64,000 nucleotides of DNA from a virus (Duplodnaviria > Heunggongvirae > Uroviricota > Caudoviricetes): IMG/VR virus record IMGVR_UViG_3300031992_000010, one strand, 5' to 3'. The notes below the pieces were generated by a model, which was given only the letters and a program-made list of their open reading frames with translations, had not been told where the DNA came from and did not search any database. Position 1 is the stretch's first letter, and each line of letters starts with the position of its first letter. Shown piece after piece: positions 9,277-17,308 of the stretch. A program made the translations under genes and the position numbers.

Positions 9277-9615
9277 ATGACAAACGAGGAAATTGCAGCA
9301 ATGCTGGTGAATGAATTAGGTATTATCTATACTGAATGTAATCGTTCAACGATTAAAAATTTGTTAATTAAAATGGCGGAGCGGAAGGACAAACAGTTTG
9401 CCGAAGAAAACAAATGGATTAGTGTGAAGGATAAATTACCACGAATGGTTACAACGGAATCCGGTATCCGAAGGTCAAAACCGGTCCTTTGCAAAACGAA
9501 AAGTGGTGGGTATTGTGTGGCAAGATGTTTCCAATACAAAAATCAACCTCACTTTTGGCAGGATGATAATTATGAAAAATTGAATGTAAAATTTTGGAGG
9601 GGAATCGATAAATGA
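9277..9615 (+). CDS. DUF551-like phage protein
   Basis: WISVKDKLP...VLC...GYCVA pattern typical of the DUF551 family. Confidence 0.4.
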   Translation: MTNEEIAAMLVNELGIIYTECNRSTIKNLLIKMAERKDKQFAEENKWISVKDKLPRMVTTESGIRRSKPVLCKTKSGGYCVARCFQYKNQPHFWQDDNYEKLNVKFWRGIDK

Positions 9616-9701
9616 ACGAGGTATAATACAAATACGTTTCGACGAATTGGATGCCGCATTTAAAGTGATAATTAAGTTAAACGAATTAGAATATTAAAAT
9701 T

Positions 9702-9905
9702 ATGGAGGTAAAAGGTTCGGTAAAAATGGAGATAATGCCTATTGGTTGTCCGTTGCAAAATATTAACTGTATTGCCTGTAAATATTTGGTCGATACATAT
9801 CTTGAAGAAGATACGAAAGAAAACAAATTAGTGGCAACCATACTTTGTAATTGGAAAGAAGATACGAAAGAAAACAAATTAGTGGCAACCATACTTTGTA
9901 ATTAG
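9702..9905 (+). CDS. small protein containing a perfect 16-aa tandem duplication
   Basis: EEDTKENKLVATILCNWK x2 arising from a 48-50-bp tandem DNA repeat at 9805..9904. Confidence 0.35.
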   Translation: MEVKGSVKMEIMPIGCPLQNINCIACKYLVDTYLEEDTKENKLVATILCNWKEDTKENKLVATILCN

Positions 9906-9930
9906 GGAGAAAAATAAAAATAATAAAACT

Positions 9931-10290
9931 ATGGCAAATTTACCAAAAAATTTTTTTAGCAAGGTATGGGCGATAGATACCTATGGAAAGATAACGGAAT
10001 GTGAAGTTTTGGAGGCCACACAGGAGAAGATTACGGTAAAAAGTTATTGGAGTGACGGAAGTCCTACATCGGATGATTATGTTTTTAATGGGAAAACAAA
10101 TACGTGGGAGTGTTATTCGAGGGTTCTTGTTTTCGACATACACTCCGATGAGGCACAACAATTAATTAACGACCGAATAATCAAGCGTGCGCAGGATGTG
10201 GAAAATTCATATCGTAAGGCGTTTGATAGATACCTGACGGATATGAAGGAAATCGTGGCAATTAAGGAGTCGAATTTGAAATTTAAATAA
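9931..10290 (+). CDS. hypothetical protein (119 aa)
   Basis: ORF track. Confidence 0.45.
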   Translation: MANLPKNFFSKVWAIDTYGKITECEVLEATQEKITVKSYWSDGSPTSDDYVFNGKTNTWECYSRVLVFDIHSDEAQQLINDRIIKRAQDVENSYRKAFDRYLTDMKEIVAIKESNLKFK

Positions 10291-10328
10291 ATCCGGAGGA
10301 CCAACCTTCCCATACGGTAGTATTTGGG

Positions 10329-10355
10329 TTGACAGACATATTGTTTGACTATAAT
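10329..10355 (+). promoter_or_regulatory. consensus sigma70-type promoter hexamers TTGACA-N15-TATAAT
   Basis: perfect -35 and -10 hexamers in a 190-nt intergenic region; spacer is only 15 nt. Confidence 0.35.
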
Positions 10356-10481
10356 AAAACCAAATATCGGTTCGATATACATCAATAACAGGAATTGTGG
10401 GAATAAAATTAAATATTGTGTTTAATTTTTCCATAATCCTTTATATATTAATACATAAGTAAAAAGTAGGAGGATAAAATT

Positions 10482-10943
10482 ATGGAAAAAATACAAATAC
10501 CTAAAGAAATAAAGGATTACATTTTGGATGAGTTCTTTTACGATTCGGATGAAAGGGAATGGGCAAAGAAAGCAATGGACTATATAGAGGGTGGTAATTA
10601 CCCTTACTACTCCCAAGAGAATTATAACATCCAAAAAGTAAAGAGAGGACACTTTATTAGTTTTTCACGTTGTAACACTATTGACGATGCCATTAAGGTT
10701 CTTGAAAACTTAAAGTCACAAGGTTATAAAAGGTTAATACCTGATTATTGTAGTTTGGACGGGGAGGGGGATTTTGCATATAAGTTGGAAAACGAATCCA
10801 AGTACGAATATGCGAGGAGATTATGGGAAATAATCAAGGATGCAATCGAAGCACTAAAACGAAAGGAAAATGATAAAAAGTTGGAAAAGATAAAAGACCT
10901 GGAATCCCAAATAAACGATATAAAGAAAACAATCTATAAATAG
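10482..10943 (+). CDS. hypothetical protein (153 aa)
   Basis: ORF track; strong RBS GTAGGAGGATAAAATTATG. Confidence 0.5.
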   Translation: MEKIQIPKEIKDYILDEFFYDSDEREWAKKAMDYIEGGNYPYYSQENYNIQKVKRGHFISFSRCNTIDDAIKVLENLKSQGYKRLIPDYCSLDGEGDFAYKLENESKYEYARRLWEIIKDAIEALKRKENDKKLEKIKDLESQINDIKKTIYK

Positions 10944-10947
10944 AACC

Positions 10948-11760
10948 ATGGTACAGGATGAACTAAATAAAATTCTTGAAAACCACCTCAAATGGTTAAA
11001 ACATGAGGATGGAGGTGAGTGTGCAGATTTAAGCGATGCCAATTTGTGTGGCGTCAATTTGTGTGGTGCCTGTTTAATCAATGCCAATTTGTGTGGTGCA
11101 TGTTTAAGTGGCGCCGATTTAAGTAAAGCCAATTTAAGGGATGCAAATTTGTATGATGCCGATTTAAGGGATGCAAATTTGTATGGTGCAGATTTAAGTG
11201 GGACCAATTTAAGGCAGGCCAATTTGAAGTTTGCCTACCTGGATGGAGTTAATTTAAAGGATGCAAATTTGTATGGTGCAGATTTGTTTGCCGCCGATTT
11301 AAGTAAGGCGGTTTTGACAGGGGCCAATTTAAAGCAGGCCAATTTATCCGATTCCGTCCTAATTGGAGCAAATTTAACAGGATCCTATATGGATACGGCC
11401 AATTTATCCTGGGCTGTTTTGGATAAAGGTGAGCAGTACCGTTTAGGTATGATTTTAACGGAACCAATAAAGGGTTACAAGAAAACTGCGGAAGGAAATA
11501 TTATAGAGTTGGAAATCCCGGAGGGGGCAATTGTATTCTCCATTAACAACTGCGAATGCCGGGCAAATAAGGCCACCGTAACAAAATGCGAAGGCATCCA
11601 ACATTCGTGGTTTGACCCGGGGTTCGAATACAAGGAGGGGAACACAATTAATATCAAGGAATTTAATTTACAATACAACATGGAATGCGCCGAAGGTATA
11701 CATTTTTTCCGGACAAAGGAGGAGGCGGAAAAATATACAATAGTGGACTTTGGCATATAA
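10948..11760 (+). CDS. pentapeptide-repeat protein (about 30 A(D/N)LxG/C repeats) with a ~100-aa C-terminal globular domain
   Basis: ADLSDANLCGVNLCGACLINANLCGACLSGADLSKANL... quasi-repeats. Confidence 0.7.
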   Translation: MVQDELNKILENHLKWLKHEDGGECADLSDANLCGVNLCGACLINANLCGACLSGADLSKANLRDANLYDADLRDANLYGADLSGTNLRQANLKFAYLDGVNLKDANLYGADLFAADLSKAVLTGANLKQANLSDSVLIGANLTGSYMDTANLSWAVLDKGEQYRLGMILTEPIKGYKKTAEGNIIELEIPEGAIVFSINNCECRANKATVTKCEGIQHSWFDPGFEYKEGNTINIKEFNLQYNMECAEGIHFFRTKEEAEKYTIVDFGI

Positions 11761-11854
11761 CAATAAAACCCGGTTAAATGCAATGACAACCAGGCGTGAA
11801 TATTAAATTTTCCGGGTTTTTTTTGTATGTTAATGTAAATAAAAGGATAAAGTT

Positions 11855-12127
11855 ATGTCAAACAAGGAAAAGGCACAGGAGATTGCCAAAAGATACGGGG
11901 TACCGTGTCACGGAATGGGGGATTGTGAATTTGAAGCGTATCAATCCGCATTGGAAATGGCTCAATGGAAGGACGGGCAAACAAAGGAAACAGTCATTGA
12001 TGTATGGTTGTGCTCCATTATGAGTCAGGACCACGCCATATCAAATAAAGATCGTCAATACATCGATTTGGAGGTGTTAAAAAATATACTGGAGGATTTT
12101 TTCCATATTAAACTTGAAGAGGAATAG
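11855..12127 (+). CDS. hypothetical protein (90 aa)
   Basis: ORF track; promoter motif upstream. Confidence 0.45.
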   Translation: MSNKEKAQEIAKRYGVPCHGMGDCEFEAYQSALEMAQWKDGQTKETVIDVWLCSIMSQDHAISNKDRQYIDLEVLKNILEDFFHIKLEEE

Positions 12128-12183
12128 TTATGTCAAACGAGGAAAAATAACAATATACATACGAATATGCCAAATGTGTTGAT

Positions 12184-12369
12184 GTGGTAAATTCATGTAG
12201 GACGGTCGACCAGTTGATTTCCGCCGGGGGTTTTATTTGGTTGTTTTATGAAAAATGGAAGGGTAAGGCGGACGATGCATATAGGAGATGGGACCTTATC
12301 AATACGTTAAGGGACAAAAAACTGAATATAATTAGCGGTGGTAAGTGGTTTTTTTGGAAGAAAAGGTAA
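12184..12369 (+). CDS. hypothetical protein (61 aa)
   Basis: ORF track. Confidence 0.35.
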   Translation: MVNSCRTVDQLISAGGFIWLFYEKWKGKADDAYRRWDLINTLRDKKLNIISGGKWFFWKKR

Positions 12370-12394
12370 TTTATTTTGAAAATGAATAAATAAT

Positions 12395-12631
12395 ATGAGA
12401 ACAATAAGGGAAATAGAGTACAATCCACTCGTTGAAATTGGAAAATATTATGCGTATGAATCGCACGGGAAACTATGTGTCGGACAGGCAATTAAAAATC
12501 CGGATCCCAATGGATATAGTTGGGCAATGAAAAATCTGAATACCGGAAAAATAAACTACCCATATAGTCAGGAAGTTTTCATCACCGAAGAACCTTGTAA
12601 AAAAATAATTCCTACATACGAAACACTATGA
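12395..12631 (+). CDS. hypothetical protein (78 aa)
   Basis: ORF track. Confidence 0.4.
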   Translation: MRTIREIEYNPLVEIGKYYAYESHGKLCVGQAIKNPDPNGYSWAMKNLNTGKINYPYSQEVFITEEPCKKIIPTYETL

Positions 12632-13050
12632 CAAAAGAGGAACAACAACTTTTAAAAACGGAGGATTTATCTGCGAGATTACCGTATGGGGTATGTGTTG
12701 CAAAGGGTAATATAATATATCCTCTAACAGGAATAAATGTCGCATTGGGATACGTGGAATTGGCGGTATCCGAAAGAATTTCAATCGAGGAGGTAAAATA
12801 TTATCTCCGCCCGATGGAGAGTATGACTGATGAGGAGAAGAAGGAATTTATCCACTGTTCCGGATATGAGGTTGAAGAATCGGTAAATGGAAGACATTAT
12901 GAATATCATTTAAAGGATTATGTTGGAACGCCGGAAAAACCAATTTGCAATTACAATGCAATAGTTTGGCTCATCAAACACCACTTCGACTATCTTGGTC
13001 TTATTAAATTGGGCATCGCATTGGAGGCACCAAAGGGGATGTATGTATAA
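12628..13050 (+). CDS. paralogue family C protein (C-terminal HHFDYLGLIKLGIALEAPKGMY)
   Basis: shared with 14452 and 31165. Confidence 0.45.
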   Translation: MTKEEQQLLKTEDLSARLPYGVCVAKGNIIYPLTGINVALGYVELAVSERISIEEVKYYLRPMESMTDEEKKEFIHCSGYEVEESVNGRHYEYHLKDYVGTPEKPICNYNAIVWLIKHHFDYLGLIKLGIALEAPKGMYV

Positions 13051-13068
13051 TATAATTGATACCATATT

Positions 13069-13293
13069 ATGAATAGATTTCAACTAACGGAAAAATGGGT
13101 GGTAAAACACAGGTTTGAAGAAGAACATCGTGGATATGAGGTCTATATGGAGGATGCGATGAGACGAGGTGAGTACCGCTATCCTGTTAAAAAAGAAGAC
13201 ATACATATTACCGATGAGGAAAAGGAGAAGAAACTGATGGAGACGCTTGGTCCTATTATGTACAAGGATTTAAAGATATATGGACTAATTTAG
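13069..13293 (+). CDS. hypothetical protein (74 aa)
   Basis: ORF track. Confidence 0.4.
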   Translation: MNRFQLTEKWVVKHRFEEEHRGYEVYMEDAMRRGEYRYPVKKEDIHITDEEKEKKLMETLGPIMYKDLKIYGLI

Positions 13294-13356
13294 TTGTGAA
13301 TATTAAATTTCCCAAATTATCTTTGTATATTAAAATGTAATTTTAAATTTAAGGAT

Positions 13357-13770
13357 ATGGGACCAAAAGAAGATTACGTAAGTATTGAAACCGCCCAACT
13401 CCTAAATGAAAAGGGGTTTGATGTTCCCTGTAGGGCTGCATATATATGGAACCAGGGTTATGAATTATGCACATTATTTTCAAAACCCATTCATTTCAAC
13501 CGGGAAGGTGGACTGGAAGATTATGATGATACATCCGTACCAAGAATCTCCGCACCTACATTACAGGTGGTGATGAAATGGTTGAGGGAGATACATAACC
13601 TACACATCACAATAGACCCATATATCACCACTAAAGGAGTTATGTATACCTACAGGATTTATAACCTTGCACGGAATAAGGTATCGTTACTTAAAGCCAA
13701 GGGTGAATTTAAAAATAATGAAAGTGCATGTGAAGATGCAATTAGATATTGTCTTGAAACTCTAATTTAA
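13357..13770 (+). CDS. paralogue family A protein
   Basis: EDYVSIETAQLLNEKGFD...APTLQVVMKWL...CLETLI. Confidence 0.45.
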   Translation: MGPKEDYVSIETAQLLNEKGFDVPCRAAYIWNQGYELCTLFSKPIHFNREGGLEDYDDTSVPRISAPTLQVVMKWLREIHNLHITIDPYITTKGVMYTYRIYNLARNKVSLLKAKGEFKNNESACEDAIRYCLETLI

Positions 13771-13776
13771 ACAACT

Positions 13777-14241
13777 ATGATAACAGAAGATTATGTTTCG
13801 TTAGAAGTAGCGAAATTATTAAAAGAAAAGGGGTTTGACGAAGGATGTTTCAAATATGCCATAAATGATGAGATATATAATAAAGGTGACTACGTCATTT
13901 GCTCTACGGAAGATGTTGTAGTATGTATTCCAACTCTACAAATGGCAATGAAGTGGTTGAGAAATATGGGAATAGTTATAGAAATCGCAACGCGTTGGCC
14001 TTCAAATCCTGATTTTTGTATGATTCCCTATTGCTTCCGCATTGAGGATTATCGAAAAGAAAGGGATTTAACCCGTGAACACGGAAAATATTATACGGGA
14101 TATTGCTCGAACGCAGGAATGGACGTTTTTTTAAAAGAGAATCATTTACTTTTTGACGAACTTGGTTTTGGTGAATTTCCTACCTACGAAATTACCGTCG
14201 AAGCAGCGATCAAATATTGTTTAAATTATATAATTAAATAG
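13777..14241 (+). CDS. paralogue family A protein
   Basis: EDYVSLEVAKLLKEKGFD...PTLQMAMKWL. Confidence 0.45.
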   Translation: MITEDYVSLEVAKLLKEKGFDEGCFKYAINDEIYNKGDYVICSTEDVVVCIPTLQMAMKWLRNMGIVIEIATRWPSNPDFCMIPYCFRIEDYRKERDLTREHGKYYTGYCSNAGMDVFLKENHLLFDELGFGEFPTYEITVEAAIKYCLNYIIK

Positions 14242-14245
14242 AAAT

Positions 14246-14437
14246 ATGGAAAAGTGCAAAACATGCAGGAATTTCGATTTGATGTTCAGGCCATTTTCGT
14301 GTGATCTATGGATGGAGAGACGATTGAAAGAAATGAAGACGAATGATGTCAATAAGGTGAAGGCGTGCAATCAGTTTTGTCACAAATGGGATATAATCTC
14401 AATCTATGATAGGGATAAATTGTGGAAATGGTGTTAA
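14246..14437 (+). CDS. paralogue family D small Cys protein (CKTCRNFDLMFRPFSCDLW)
   Basis: paralogue at 25599..25775. Confidence 0.4.
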   Translation: MEKCKTCRNFDLMFRPFSCDLWMERRLKEMKTNDVNKVKACNQFCHKWDIISIYDRDKLWKWC

Positions 14438-14451
14438 AACAATATAAGACT

Positions 14452-14892
14452 ATGACAAACGAGGAAAAACAACTTTTGTTTAAAGATTTATCGGCGAGAT
14501 CGCCGTATGGGGTTAAAGCCACAACCACCTCAAATAGGTGGAGTGGTGTTTATACCGTGTCCGGGTGTAAGAACAATAGAGTTTATCTTGATTGCCCGGT
14601 CCTTGACGAAGGTGACGATGAATGGTTAATTGAATCTGTAAAACCTTATCTCCGCAAAATATCAAGTATGACGGAGGAGGAAAAAATTGAATTTTCTAAT
14701 ATCTTTAGTAAGTGGTTTGATGAAGAATTGTTCATCTTATCAGAAGAAACTTTTTTGGAGTATGCTTTATCTCGGATAAACTATTCAATTAGTCATGAAT
14801 TATTTGATTGGCTCAACGCACATCACTTTGACTATCGTGGCTTGATTGAAATGGGTCTTGCATTGGAGGCACCAAAGGGAATGTATAACTAA
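14452..14892 (+). CDS. paralogue family C protein (start at the conserved ATGACAAA junction)
   Basis: C-terminal HHFDYRGLIEMGLALEAPKGMYN; conserved junction DNA. Confidence 0.45.
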   Translation: MTNEEKQLLFKDLSARSPYGVKATTTSNRWSGVYTVSGCKNNRVYLDCPVLDEGDDEWLIESVKPYLRKISSMTEEEKIEFSNIFSKWFDEELFILSEETFLEYALSRINYSISHELFDWLNAHHFDYRGLIEMGLALEAPKGMYN

Positions 14893-14906
14893 TAAAAATT
14901 GCAGTT

Positions 14907-15198
14907 ATGAAAACAATGGAATTATTTGGAAATATCTATGAAGAGGTAGAGGACAATAATGTGGAATCCTCGTGTGCATTATGTGCATTTCTTGAGATCT
15001 GTAACGAATCCCATATGTCCATTTTACCGTGCGAAAGAGTGGATGGTAGTTGTAATAGGTATTTTGTCCTTGCCAATGAAAAATCAAATAATGGGAGTAA
15101 TTATGACGAGGTGGTTGATTCCGGCACGCGAATATTTTGATACATATGAAAGTACCTATGAAAATGTCATTAAACATCGTCTTGAAACTCTAATTTAA
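14907..15198 (+). pseudogene. possible frameshifted gene: frame-1 ORF 14907..15140 and frame-2 ORF 14959..15198 whose end carries the family-A C-terminal motif (...RLETLI)
   Basis: two overlapping ORFs; the 3' end CGTCTTGAAACTCTAATTTAA is identical to the end of 13357..13770. Confidence 0.3.
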
Positions 15199-15208
15199 TT
15201 TTATAAAT

Positions 15209-15760
15209 ATGGGACTGGATATTAGTTTACGTAGATTATATGGCACGGCCCAGGATGGGGAGGATGTCGATTATCTTATTCTTGATGAAGAAAGTAAGGA
15301 TTTATTTTCGAAATCCAACCTTATGGATAAGGTATTTCCTCGTATGGAGGAATATTATGATATCGAGGGTTACCTAACAAAAGTCGCCGTGCCGGGTAGC
15401 CGGATGGAGGATTGGGGGTGGAGAATGACATTTTGGCCGGAGGAATTTGATGATATTTGCTGGGTGTTCCGTTATGTCCCCTCCGACATCTGTTATGAGG
15501 TAAGAGGCGCCAATGTGGGAATTTATAAGAAACCGGAGCAGGTGGTGTATTATGAAACCATCGGTTATCAGCGAAAGGGTATGAAATCACGGTTTTATAA
15601 AGATTGTGAGGAGGGTAAACTTAATTATTTCGTGTTGGACAAGGCAACACTCGAAATGTATAAGGAAACCTATGTAGTGGATGACATGAAGGGGTATTTC
15701 CAGGAAAATATCATCGATCAATTCGTGGAAGGGGAGATGGTTGTAACGTTTAGTTGGTAA
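15209..15760 (+). CDS. hypothetical protein (183 aa)
   Basis: ORF track. Confidence 0.45.
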   Translation: MGLDISLRRLYGTAQDGEDVDYLILDEESKDLFSKSNLMDKVFPRMEEYYDIEGYLTKVAVPGSRMEDWGWRMTFWPEEFDDICWVFRYVPSDICYEVRGANVGIYKKPEQVVYYETIGYQRKGMKSRFYKDCEEGKLNYFVLDKATLEMYKETYVVDDMKGYFQENIIDQFVEGEMVVTFSW

Positions 15761-15830
15761 ATTATTTGACCCATATTAAATTTCCCAAATTATCTTTGTA
15801 TATTAAAATATAATTTTAAATTTATATAAT

Positions 15831-16967
15831 ATGGATTATAATGAAAAATTAAGATTGGCAAAAGAGGCATTGGAATCAGGCTCCTATGATACGGAGACAA
15901 TAGAATATATTTTCCCTGAACTCAAAGAGAATACGGATGAACGAATTAAACAAGCACTATTAGAATTCTTTTCAGCCGGGGCAAAGAATAATGAAACGAC
16001 TTGCGGTATTCCTGACTCTAAAATCGTTTCTTGGCTTGAAAAACAAGGAGAAAAGCCGGTAAATAAATTGCAGGTAGGTGATGAATTATATGAACATATA
16101 AGAAACACATGTGCCTGTATTGACGACGCCATTAGTAGTAAGACACTTGCCGATATAAATGATTATCTTTCAATGGCGGAACGTAGTGCAAACAGTGCCT
16201 TTGATATGATTGAAAAACAAGGCGAACATAAAGAAACACCTTGTGATAAATGTAAGGGAGAACAACCTTCTCATTCATGTCAGGATATAACGGAATTAGG
16301 GAGATGTTATCTTGAACATGAAAAACAACGTGAACAGAAACCTGTTACTATTAATAACGTACAGTGGGCTGAATTAACGTGGGAGGATATAAACACTCTT
16401 GAACGTATAATCAACAATGTACATTCCGAGTTCAGAAACGGTATTGGGGAAGAGAGTTTCGGTAAAGAAGTGCTTGAAAAATTTAGGGAGACAAAGGGTG
16501 ATGAATACATGGATGCATGTGGGCAGAAGCCTGCGGATAATGTTGGCCCAAAGTTCAAAGCCGGTGATTGGATTGCAGGTGAGGTAGTTCACGCGGCAAA
16601 GATAATAAATATTGACGATGATGAGTATGAGGTAGAATTTATTGATGGAAGCAAGGGGTTTCACTCTATTGATTTTATGGATAAATTTTATCATCTTTGG
16701 ACCATTGATGATGCAAAGGATGGTGATGTACTTGTAAGTGGTGGTGGCTGCCTGTTTATTTATAAAAATATTAATGATAGATTGTCACTATTTTATTGTT
16801 GTGTAAGTACTGATAATGATTTCCTTATCGGTAATGATAGAAGTTATTGTGGTCCTAAAAAAACAGCCAAGCCTGCAACCAAGGAACAACGGGACTACCT
16901 ATTCCAAAGAATGGAGGAGGCAGGTTATAAATGGGACGCGGACAAAAAGGAATTGCATGCAATATAA
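15831..16967 (+). CDS. modular repeat protein, family E (WLEKQG linkers; GDWIAGE...WTIDDAKDGDVL domain; PATKEQRDYLF..GYKWD module)
   Basis: ORF track; promoter motif upstream; shares modules with 17309 and 21798. Confidence 0.5.
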   Translation: MDYNEKLRLAKEALESGSYDTETIEYIFPELKENTDERIKQALLEFFSAGAKNNETTCGIPDSKIVSWLEKQGEKPVNKLQVGDELYEHIRNTCACIDDAISSKTLADINDYLSMAERSANSAFDMIEKQGEHKETPCDKCKGEQPSHSCQDITELGRCYLEHEKQREQKPVTINNVQWAELTWEDINTLERIINNVHSEFRNGIGEESFGKEVLEKFRETKGDEYMDACGQKPADNVGPKFKAGDWIAGEVVHAAKIINIDDDEYEVEFIDGSKGFHSIDFMDKFYHLWTIDDAKDGDVLVSGGGCLFIYKNINDRLSLFYCCVSTDNDFLIGNDRSYCGPKKTAKPATKEQRDYLFQRMEEAGYKWDADKKELHAI

Positions 16968-17023
16968 TACTACATTAAATTTTCAATACATTTTATCTAT
17001 TTTAATACATAAACTTTAAGATT

Positions 17024-17305
17024 ATGGAAAAAAAATTATTAAATTCAGAAGAAGAATATTTTGACTTGTGCAAAGGAGAAAATATTGGTGACGTATCAAG
17101 AAGATATTGTTCTCAATATTGCTCTATTGAAGATGGTATTCCTTGTGATGTTTCACACGTTTGGAATGACGAAACATTACATATAACAACAAAACCAGCA
17201 TCATATCCGTGTGTGTTTGTATGGCATTTGGAAGAAGATTGTAGGGACCACGATTATTTCATCGGTCAATTTATCTATGAAAAAGATTTTAAAGAGGAGG
17301 AATAG
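17024..17305 (+). CDS. hypothetical Cys-rich protein (93 aa)
   Basis: ORF track. Confidence 0.4.
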   Translation: MEKKLLNSEEEYFDLCKGENIGDVSRRYCSQYCSIEDGIPCDVSHVWNDETLHITTKPASYPCVFVWHLEEDCRDHDYFIGQFIYEKDFKEEE

Positions 17306-17308
17306 ATT

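Noticed and set aside
10854-11222. Minus-strand 122-aa ORF with KFASLK repeats
   Set aside because: Reverse-complement shadow of the pentapeptide-repeat gene; its periodicity mirrors the sense repeats.
11796-12023. Plus-strand ORF overlapping the promoter cassette and the start of 11855..12127
   Set aside because: Begins inside the promoter motif, has an odd basic composition and is out of frame with the well-supported downstream gene.
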